Assembly: GCF_018350175.1 (NCBI RefSeq)
Contig: NC_058369.1
Span: 3,412,001-3,476,000, forward strand
DNA from: Felis catus
Taxonomy: Eukaryota
Direction of reading: 5' to 3'
DNA length: 64,000 nt
The translations under genes and the position numbers were made by a program. The notes under the pieces are model-generated. The model was not told where the DNA came from, ran no database searches, and was given only the letters and a program-made list of their open reading frames with translations. Within the stretch, counting starts at the first letter, position 1; each line of letters starts with the position of its first letter. Positions 49,749 to 59,702 of the stretch are shown in pieces.

Positions 49749-50389
49749 TCTTTTCCAAGTTCCTGGTGTTTCCTGCACAGAGCAGTGGTTAGGGCTGTAT
49801 ATGCCCTGGGGACCTCGGTCACTTCCCAGCTGGGGGACCCCGGGCCTCTGTGTCCTCGTGTGTGAAACTAGGTCGTGGCAGAACAGTATGGCCTCCTGGG
49901 GCCGTGGAGAGGAAGAAACGAGACGTGTGCACGGCTCAGCACAGCGCATGGCACCCGATAAACGGCCACAGTAGGGCGACACAATGCCACAGACTGTTCT
50001 GGAAGGAGAGCAGGCTTTCCCCCAAAGTCTGGTTGATTGGGAGCAAAGCACAATCAGGGATACAGAGAGATGCTGTTTACTGGTTTTTACAGGGACGATG
50101 AATTCTTCCCTTTTTCTTCTAATTCTAACGATTTTGAGAAAGTCTGTTTGCGCCTCTTCCCGAACCCTTGAAGCTCTGCCTCCTGAATAAACCAGTATCT
50201 TATTCTCGGAGTTCTTCTTTGTACTGGTGCGTGCGTTCCTGGCTATTCGGTAGTCTGTGGCCACGGGCATCATTTCCCGGGGCTGCCGTAACGAAGTATC
50301 ACAAACCTCCTCCCTTACAGCCGCTACGCTGTATTCCCTCCCGGTTCTGGAGGCCAGAAGTCCAAACCAAGGTGTCACCGCCAGGCTGC

Positions 50390-50556
50390 CACGGAAGGCA
50401 AACAAAATACCCCTGACAGAGGCTCCCAGGAACAGAGCCGCACCTCACGTGCCTCTTCGCGTCCAGACTTTTGTTCACTGTGTGGACTTATAGGGGGAAC
50501 CTGCCGTCGTTAGTGAACTGGAGGATGCTCTTTCATGGGTGACGCAAGAACAGTTC
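50390..50556 (+). repeat. 167-bp direct repeat of 51630-51795
   Basis: By manual comparison the copies differ by 4 substitutions and 1 single-base indel. Confidence 0.95.
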
Positions 50557-50834
50557 AAAGGCTCTAGGGAAGGATCCTTCCTGTCTCTTCTGGTTTCTGG
50601 TGGCTCCAGGTGTCCCTTGGCTTGTGGCCGCGTCCCTCCATCTCTGCCTCTGTCTTTACTTGGCCTTTTCCTCTGAGTGTCTTCTCCTCTTCTATCAAAT
50701 CTCCCCGGAGTATCTCTTGTAAGAGTTATTGTCATTGGATTCAGGGTCCACTGGGATAACCCAGCACGATTTCTTCGTTGCACAGTCCTTACCTCACGCC
50801 TGCAGATATATTTTTTTTCTTCTAAATAAGGTTA

Positions 50835-51065
50835 GGGGCGCCTGGGTGGCTCAGTCGGTTAAGCGTCCGACTTTGGCTCAGGTCATGATCTCACCGTTCG
50901 TGGGTGCGTGCCCCGCGTCGGGCTGGGCGCTGACGGCTCGGAGCCTGGAGCCTGCTTCGGATCCTGTGCCTCCCTCTCCCTCCGCCCCTCCCCTGCTCAC
51001 ATTCTGTCTCTGTCCATCTTTCCAAAGTAAAATACACGTTAAAAAAACAAATGAAAACAAATACG
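50835..51065 (+). mobile_element. Can-SINE inside the MLT1 LTR
   Basis: TSD TAAATAAGGTTA on both sides. Confidence 0.88.
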
Positions 51066-51339
51066 TAAATAAGGTTAAAGTCACAGGTTCCAGGGATGAG
51101 GAAGCGAACGTGGCTTCTGGGGGAGCACCGTTCAACTCACCACCGTTGTGTGACCGCAAGTTTAGCAGCTTCACGGCACTGCCCACTAAGCAGCTCTCGG
51201 TCCCCGACACAAGCTGGGTAGGGTGGGCCCTACTCAGCGTCTCCCAAGACCGGACGCAAGGTGTCAGCGAAAGGCACTCCCATCTGAGGCTTGGACTTCC
51301 CTTCCAACTCTTCCCAACGTGCTTGGGGCAGAGCTCAGT

Positions 51340-51650
51340 TCCTGCGGCTGGAAGACTGAAGCCCGGCCGCCAGCCAGGAGCTGCCCTCCGCTCCCAGAGG
51401 CCATCTGCGCTCCCCCCCCAGCCAGCAAGGGTGAACCACATCCTTCTTATGTTTCGAATCTTATTTCCTCTTCGAAGGAGCCTGGAGATGACAGCTGGCC
51501 GGCTGCCGCCTTGATTTTGGCTTTATGAAGCGCCCGGCCGCGCTGACCACGGCTTCTAACCTTCAGAACCGGGAGACAGTAAATGGGGGTTGTTTTAAGC
51601 TGCTAAATTTATCGTGATTTGTCATGCATCACGGAAGGCAAACAAAATAC
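51340..51650 (+). mobile_element. MLT1 LTR 3' portion
   Basis: Ends in gttgttttaagctgctaaattt...gatttgtcatgca...aaaatac, a typical MLT1 terminus. Confidence 0.6.
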
Positions 51651-51907
51651 CCCTGACAGAGGCTCCCGGGAACAGAGCCGCACCTCACGTGCCTCTTCGC
51701 GTCCAGACTTTTGTTCACTGTGTGGACTTATGGGGGAACCTGCCGTCGTTAGTGAACTGGAAGATGCTCTTTTATGGGTGAGGCAAGAACAGTTCCACGA
51801 GTGTGAGTTAATGTGGGTGTGACCCACCTCTACTGTTCCCTGGAGAGCATTTCTCCACGACAACGGATACCGCCATACAAAACTGCGTGGAATTTGGAAC
51901 AACTCAC

Positions 51908-51958
51908 CTCGTTGGTCCCTCCTTGAGAAGCGTAGGTGAACGTGCATGTATATTTGTC
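51908..51958 (-). CDS. MYDGF: MYDGF exon 2 (DKYTCTFTYASQGGTNE)
   Basis: 51 nt with AG and GTGAG boundaries, phase 0/0; matches MYDGF. Confidence 0.96.
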
Positions 51959-52999
51959 CTGGAGACAAATTGAAGATGGAAAAAAGTTTGTTAGGAAGTG
52001 CTTACGGTGGATGTCCTTCCGAGATCCAAAATCCAGAGGATCTGGCTTTTGGGGCACGTGGGTGGCTCAGTTGAGCGTCCTAGTTTAGCTTGGGTCACGA
52101 TCTCACAGTTTGTGAGTTCAAGCCCCGCGTCGGGCTTGCTCCTGCCAGCGCATAGCCCGTTGTGGATCCCCTGTCCTCCTCTCTCTCTCTCTCTCTCTGC
52201 CCCTCCCCCCCAACTCATGCTCTCTCAAAAGTAAATAAACATTTAAAAAATACTAATTACTAACAAACTAATACTAATAAATAAAATTAAAAAAATAAAT
52301 AACATCCGGCTTTTGAACATCTGCACTAAGGAAAGGAGGTAGAGCCCGATTCTGGGCTGATGTGCCTGGAGGCCAGCCCCACAGGGCCTCCCAGTGTCTA
52401 CAGACCTAGAACTCCCCTGCCTGTCTCCCTGCTAGTGAGCTCCTAAGTCAGGACAAACAGCCCACGTGGCTTCTGGGGGATGGAAAACAGGAAGGGGGAA
52501 GTCCCCCACCCTCCAAGCACCCACCCATCTGGGGACTCTGGAAGCAGGGGCACCAGGAGGCCCTTCTCTGCTCTGCTGTGGGCCTCAGACAAGTGAAAAC
52601 TTTGCTGAGTCTGTTTTCCTCATCTGTGAAACGGTCCTAGCAAATAAAGCACTTGGGGCGACATCTGGCTATGAGGAAGTGGTACATCGCAGCTAGTGAC
52701 ACCTGTAACAGACAGGGAAAATGAAGATGGGAGGGGAAGGGCTTCTCCAACGAGCTAGGGGCAGCGCTGGGCTAGCCCCAGGCTTGCTCACTGACGGCTA
52801 AGGAGGGCCTAGCCTCCCACCTCGGTGAAAGGGTTGAAGGGCATCCTTCTCCTTGTGCAATGGAGAAGGGGCAACGTCTGTCCACCTCCTCCGCAGTCAG
52901 AGCCGCAGCGAGGCTGACGCTCTGCAGGGCCTGGAGGTGAAATATCCCCCCGGCCTCCTCTCCCCCCACTTCTGGGCCGGCTCTGCCCTCCAATGGCCG

Positions 53000-53640
53000 G
53001 GGACTCGCCCGGTCTGGGAGTTAGGGCTGCTTGCGCACGCGAGGCACGCGAGAGGAAACAGGGACCGAGGCTAGTGACCCACCCGCTCCAAGTCGCCAGA
53101 CCCCAGAAAGTCCCGCTCCGCGTAAATTCAGCCCTATCTCGGAGATGACCGCACCCCCAGAGTCCCTTCCCAAGCCAGGCCCCGCCCCTGACGGTCCAGG
53201 CCCCCTTCTCAGGACCCGCCCCCACCGGCGCCACCGCTCAAGCCCCCGGGGCGGCGGCGATACGTACCCCCGGGCCCACGTTCTGGGAGAAAGAGTGCAC
53301 GACGCCGCCAGGTCGCACGTCGAACGCCACCGTCGTGGGCTCGGACACCGCCTCCCCCGGCCTCAACGCCACAGCCGCCAGGAGCAACGCAGCCCACCAG
53401 CTCGCGCCTTCGCCGTTCCTCCTTTTGCTGGGCGCCGCCATGTTGGGATCGGATCCGCAGGGCAGGGTGGCGACGGGACGCGGCAAGGGACACGTGGGGC
53501 GACCGCTGGAGGCCACGTCGGCGGCGGCGCGGGCACGTGACCAGGCGCGCCCCGCCCCTTCCCCGGCTCTGGCGGCCGCCATGTTGGGGCGGGGCTTAGG
53601 CTTCCAGGGGGCGTCTCCGGGGGGGAGTGGCCATAGACCG
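53000..53640 (-). promoter_or_regulatory. CpG-island promoter of MYDGF
   Basis: CpG-dense, with GC boxes (53550, 53586), three ACGT-core boxes (53489-53541) and YY1-type CCGCCATGTT motifs. Confidence 0.85.
53268..53441 (-). CDS. MYDGF: MYDGF coding exon 1 (signal peptide; MAAPSKRR...FSQNVGPG, 58 aa)
   Basis: ATG at 53441 in CCAACATGG context. Hydrophobic signal WWAALLLAAVAL precedes VSEPTTVAFDVRPGGVVHSFS. Donor GTACGT follows. Confidence 0.96.
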
Positions 53641-53779
53641 CCTTCCTGCCTCCATTCCTAGCCGTGCGACTGACCTTACAGCTCTTCCAGTTCGTACATG
53701 TAGACGGAATGAGGGAAATGGACGATGGCCATTGGGTAAATACCTTATAATTGTTGCAGCCAAGATCCCTGGCTGGATC

Positions 53780-54230
53780 TGAAGTTCAATAACGGGAAAC
53801 CTCATTTAGAATGGAATGGGGAGGCCGGCAGGGAAAGCTCTGCACCCTAGGACTTCTGGTCAATTGCAGGCCCAACAGGAAGTCCAGGGCCTCGCAAGTC
53901 CACAGTGTGTTAGCCACTACTGCGCAGGCCCAGCAAGAGGAAGTTTTTCCCTTGCCCCACAACAGCGCAGCCAATGAGAGGCAGCCACAGCCCAGCCAAT
54001 GAGAAGCCACCACACCTGGCACGGCCGAGGTAGGGCAGCGGACTTTTTGTTTAGAAGAGCCCCTGGCAAGTTCCTCTTTCTTCTGTAAGATAATATCCCT
54101 CTCCCTTGTTCTGCAAATTTCCCAATGGTTTTGCCGTCCTTAGTTCGCCTGTCCGTCCCAGGTTACAGTGCTCTGCCATTCCTGTTTTCACTGGTAAAAT
54201 AACTGTCAGTTTTATTTTTTAAGGTTAACA
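53780..54230 (+). mobile_element. Solo LTR, probably ERV1 class, 451 bp
   Basis: TG...CA termini flanked by a 4-bp direct repeat GATC (53776-53779 and 54231-54234). Two CAGCCAATGAGA boxes and a U5-like end TTTTTAAGGTTAACA. Confidence 0.75.
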
Positions 54231-54644
54231 GATCTAACAATTAGTGGGGGGAAAGATGAGAAACAGGTTATTTCTGTAGCCTCAAAGTACTTTCCCCCAA
54301 GATAGTTATTCGTTATAAAGGGAAAAGTAGTAATTTTACAACGAAGACACGTCTTTAGCCCAGTGATCTAAGTTAAGGGCGCCAGTGAGGCCGCAACGTG
54401 GAGCCGCTCACAGGGTGCACCGAGAAGGGCATTTTCAGTGGCGCCTCTAGCCTTCCTGCCCCACATGCATGACTTCAATCTAATTATAAGCAAATGTCAG
54501 ACAGAATCCGAAGCTGAGGGCCATTCCACAAGGTAACTGGGCAGTACTCCTAAAAAAAAAAAAAAAAAAAAAAAGGCTGAGGAACCATCACAGGATGGGG
54601 AGACCAGGACAACAAAACACGATGCGGGCTCCTGGATTGGCTCC

Positions 54645-55012
54645 TTGTCTTAGTTCAGTCTGTTCTAACAAACACAGCGCAATCTGGCGGCCTATAAAGA
54701 AACACATGCTTATCTCTCAGGGTTCTGGAGGCCGGAAGTTCAAGATCAAGGCACCGGTAGGTAGATTTGGCGTCAGGTGAGGCCCACCTCCTGGTTCGGA
54801 GGCAGCTCACTGCTCATATTCTCAGGGTCCTCGGTCCTCCCAGGGCGCAAGGGGCAGGGCGCTCTCTGGGGCGTCTCTTGTGGGGGTGCTCATCCCATCC
54901 CGGGGGCTCCACCCTCTTGACCTAACCTCCTCCCGGAGGCCCCACCTCCTAACACCGTCACCCTGGGCATCAGCTTTCACCATATGAATTTTGGAGGGAC
55001 AGGTTCGTGCAT
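54645..55012 (-). mobile_element. MLT1A-like LTR nested in an L1 3' fragment (~54240-55205)
   Basis: tgtcttagttc...gaagttcaagatcaaggcacc...cccacctcctaacacc...catatgaattttgg. Confidence 0.75.
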
Positions 55013-55825
55013 AACAATCCTGGACCAGGGAAATGGCCTCTACACATTACATAACAGGATTGTATTGATGCTCATTTCCTGATGGAACCATGGTTACCTA
55101 AGATGTTCACATGAGGGGAAGCTGGGTGGAGGGCATCTAGGAACTCGGTACTATTTCTGCAACTTTTTTGTCAGCCTAACGTTATTTCAGAATAAACTGA
55201 AAAGAAAATAGTCCCTCTCTCATGGGGTTGTCAGGCTAATTAACAGAACATGCAGGTGACATTTTTTACAAGGACTCTGAATCGTAGCTTCCCCCCCCCA
55301 ATTTTTTTGGTCATACATGGCTTGAGTTTCCGAGGAAGCACCACAGTGGTGAGGGCCAGAGGGTCCAGGATTAAATTCGTTTCCCCGGTCCTTCCTGACT
55401 TGAGAGAACAGAATCCAGAAAGAAAATCTCACAGGTTGCCCCTAAGCTGAGCTCGAGTGCCAACTTTCGGGGCCTCGAGAGGGTGAAGGCCATTTTCAGG
55501 GAATGGGCAGCCTGGCCTGACTTGGGGATACCTGTTTGCTTGAAGACATCTCTTTCTCCTTGCAGCTGCCTGCTCTGGACCCTTTGAGAGGAAATCGGCT
55601 CCAGAAACCAGATGATCACAGTCTTGCTGTGTTTCACAGAGCATGTTCCGGTTCCGTTGATGTCTTCCCCATTACCTCCCCTGCTGTGTTTGACCTTCAG
55701 CCCCTCACTGTGAAGGATTCAGTTAGCGGCCATGTGCCGTTGCTAACAAGATACTTCAACTGTGTGCTGTTTGAGTCTCCTACCGAAGAGAGGTAGGTTG
55801 GCGCGTGCGTGTTTTCCTTTTTGCC

Positions 55826-55856
<31 letters not shown>

Positions 55857-58418
55857 AAAAAAAAAAACCCCACATACTGGAGAGATTGAAAGAAAAAATA
55901 AACATGATTCCAGAGATCCTGCTTTTTAATCATGACATGAACTCTGGCGGTCCTTAAGGAAACCATTCGATGACACAAATGTCAGTGGACATCTCTCTCT
56001 CTGCTCAGGACCCCATCAATGGGGTGGGTGTGGACATAACCGGGATGCACGGAGGAGCTCCTTTCTGGGGAACAAACAGTTTTGTATTATGATTGGGGTG
56101 TTGGCTACAGGAATCGATGCGGGCGACAGAAAGGAAAAGACTCTCACCAGCCAGCACACATAAAAGCTGATAAAATCCAAATCAGGAATAGAGTCTAGTT
56201 AATTGCACCGCACTCGTGTCAGTTTCCTGATTTTGACAATGGCCCAGGGTTAGGTAAGATGTGAGCTGGATGGAGGGTACCTGGGATTCTCTGTACTATT
56301 TTCACAACTTCCTGTGTGTCCAGAGTTAAAGTTTTTGTGTGTTTTTGTTTTCTGTGTGCGTTGAAACACCACAAACCTGTTAGGCAAGTGACAAACCGGG
56401 AAAGAGCTTCGACCAGCAGGACACAGGCTTTCGTGTCCATCACGTGTGGGTTCCTGCCAGTTAGGGAAGACAGGAGCTTTTCCAGCAGGAAAGCAAGCCA
56501 GCCCGTTCACAGGCAACCTGAGACAGTACCGGGCACCCTCCCGCTGACGGATCCCCCGCCAGGGGTGGAGAAGAGTGGCCCACGTATCAGCCTGGAAGAA
56601 ACAGATGCCTCTCCCTGCCACCTCCGCGACCGAGACTTTCGGCCAGCGGACACTTGTCCTCTTGTAGCTGGCCTTCACCCATCCCTCCTTCCTGTTGGCA
56701 CCCCACTGACACTTCCGGGCTTCACTGTCAGGGTGGGAATGTGACGGACTGGAGTTTGGCCAATGGATGCTGTCTCACGACAATCTTGAGTACTGACTGT
56801 GGGAGGCAGGGGTAGAAGTTTCCGACGAAGAGTTCCTGCTTTGAGACAAATGCAGGCTTCCAGCTGTGAAGGCTCCTGGAGCACGCCCAGTGTCCTTTCC
56901 CACCGGTTCTGTCATTCTGTGACTTGTGACCAGTCCCCTCCTTCACTTTAAGTGAAAGACTACTTGTTCCCAGGACTGATTTTTTAAAACATTCACTGGC
57001 TGAGCTTCCTATCTGCAAAACACACGGAGATCGACAACACAGTTCAGTTTGCAACATGGATGACAAGGGACTGATTTCCTTCATATATAAAGAGTGTCCA
57101 CACATCGTTGAGGCCAACAGATCAAAAGAAAGGTGGGCAAATGGTCACTAGTAAACAAGTATCTTAAAACATGAAAATATTGCCGCAGATAAAATTACAG
57201 TGAGATGCCACACCTCACGGGCAAAGATAAAAAAATAATTGATAACAGGTGGTTCTGGTGAAGAAATGGAGACACGGGCGTACTTCACCCTTATTGGAAA
57301 AGTTTACATTGAGGTGTTCTCTTTGGAAGGCAATTCGGCAATACTCGAAACTAAAATCGAATAGGCCTTTGGATAGTTCTAGGAAGTTACCCCTATAAAC
57401 TCAAACATATGCCCAAAATATGTACAAGACTGTTAACAGTTATCACTTATACTAAGGGCTGGCCAACCACAGCCTGGGGGTTAAATCTGGTCAGCTGCCT
57501 GGTTTCTTAAAGAAGGTTTTATTGGCACGCAGCCAAACCCACACATTTACATATTGTCTGTGGCTGCTCTGGGGCCAGGAGAGCAGAGTAGTTGTACAGT
57601 CTGGCCTGCAAAGCCGAAAATATTTACTCTCTGGCCTTTTACAGAGGAAGTCTGTTGACCCCTGATTTATACGGATTCAAAAAGCCCGGAATAACCTGTT
57701 ATCCCTTGATAGGTGCCTGGCAAAATAAATTACGGCACGTTCATAAGCAGGAATAGAATACAGGTATTAAAAAATAGAGACTGGGATGTGATTCCCTGTC
57801 TGGAGCGAAGGCATCTTTCCTCTATATATGCTTTTGCACTCAAGTTTTATTATACTTTTTAAGCCATTAAAAATAAAAGCGGGGCTTCCCGAAGTATGGA
57901 GAGGGTGAAGGCGCAAGGAGAGGTCATCCTGCTGTTAGGAACTCGTGTACCAGAGTGCCACCTGCTCAGGCAGCCTCCCCTCTCCCTGGGTCAGGGCTGC
58001 TGGGTCAGACGTGAGGGGAACGGCCTGCCCTCCTGGGTCGGCATTTCCCGATGCCCCAACCGCGGAGTCAAGCCTCTGGACAAACACAGGCACCAGAGGA
58101 AGTGAAGGCGGCCAGGGCAGCGTGACCGCCAGAAGGACTTGCACCTTGGCTGACGCTGTGGCCCCGAGGAAGCCTGTGGGCTGGACCAGGCCGGCCGTGA
58201 CATCCTGGGCTGGGTCCCTAGGCGACTTGCAGTGGCTGCATCAGGACCCCGCGGCTGTCCTCGACGGGACCAGTCTGATGGGGGCGGGGCACCCTCCAGC
58301 CCGGGCAGCTCGCGGCTCCGTCGCCTCCCGGGACCCGCCCAGGCAGAGGCACAGCCATCAGCGGCCCCGGGGCTGGGAAGGAACCTTAGGCAGGTGGCAG
58401 CGCGTCCGTCCGGAATTG

Positions 58419-58424
58419 TTTAAT
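58419..58424 (-). terminator. Probable DPP9 polyadenylation signal (ATTAAA); 3'UTR spans ~58400-59360
   Basis: TTTAAT on the + strand at the end of an AT-rich block (58415-58500) typical of a conserved distal 3'UTR. Confidence 0.7.
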
Positions 58425-59280
58425 GAGTCTACTTCTTACACGCATAATTATAAAAGAATAAGAATCGACAAAAATATTTTCTTTCCATAATATGTAGAGG
58501 TGGTTCGTTTCCGGTGGGGGTTTTCGTTTGTGTGTGTGGTTTTTGTTGTTTTTTTGTGTTTTTTTTTTTGCTGCTTTTGTTTTCCTTTTCGCCCGCCCCC
58601 GGCAGGAGTCTTGGCGGGGAGGGGAGGGGAGGGGGAAGGCGAACCCTGAGGCGGGGACGGCTCCGTCCCAAGCCCGGAGCCCCCGGTCTGCGCGCGCTTC
58701 AGAGCCGGGCAGGAGGCTCCCCGCTCCGGGCCGGGAGAGGACGGGAGCCCGCCCGGGGCTGGCGGCGGACCCCATCCCCGGTTTAGGCACCCTCTGCTCT
58801 GCTCGGTCTCTTAAATAGTCGTCAGAAGCGCTCCCCCCCCCCCAACAGAACGCGACATGAGGTGGGCGGGGCTGGAAGGCAAGGCAGTCGCATGCTTCGG
58901 TGGCGGCCGGCGCGCTGCGGGCCGGGGCCGGGGCCCGGGACCGGGTGGGGAGGCCCCGCGACGGAGGCCCGGTCCCCCCAGGGTCTTCGCCCCCCTCCAC
59001 ACCCCCCGCCCCGTGCGCGGCGGAGTCGGGGCTCCCGGACAGCGTGGAGAGGAGGGGATGGCTTGAGGACGCGCCTCTGGGACGCGGGCCTCATCGCGCC
59101 GTCCTGGCCACCGCGAAGCAGCAGGCAAAACAGCCAGGAGCATTAAAACCATGAGAAAAGGCGCGGGGGCGGCGAAGGCGGAGGCCGCGGGGCGGGGCTG
59201 GCCAGCGGGGGCGGCGGGAGGAGGCGCCGAGTGGAGGGGCCTTCGGGGGCCACTCGGCCCCTCCCGCCCGCTCCCCCTGC

Positions 59281-59316
59281 GGTGGCGGCGGAGGCGGCGG
59301 CGGCGGCGGCGGCGGC
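59281..59316. repeat. Interrupted GGC trinucleotide repeat (12 triplets, last 8 pure) in the DPP9 3'UTR
   Basis: GGT GGC GGC GGA (GGC)8. Confidence 0.95.
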
Positions 59317-59360
59317 GAAGCCACTTGTGCTCTGAATGTGCAGGCCCCGGGGCGCGGGGC

Positions 59361-59702
<342 letters not shown>

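Larger units (their letters stand above)
50268..51145 (-). mobile_element. MLT1 (MaLR) LTR, MLT1C-like, interrupted by a 167-bp insert and a SINE
   Basis: Hallmarks ggctgccgtaac...ttctggaggccagaagtccaa...aaggtgtc and ggctctagggaaggatccttcc; the element resumes after the SINE at ~51075. Confidence 0.8.

Noticed and set aside
49530..50405. 291-aa minus-strand ORF in MYDGF intron 2
   Set aside because: Runs through an MLT1 LTR and a dinucleotide repeat (HTHTHT).
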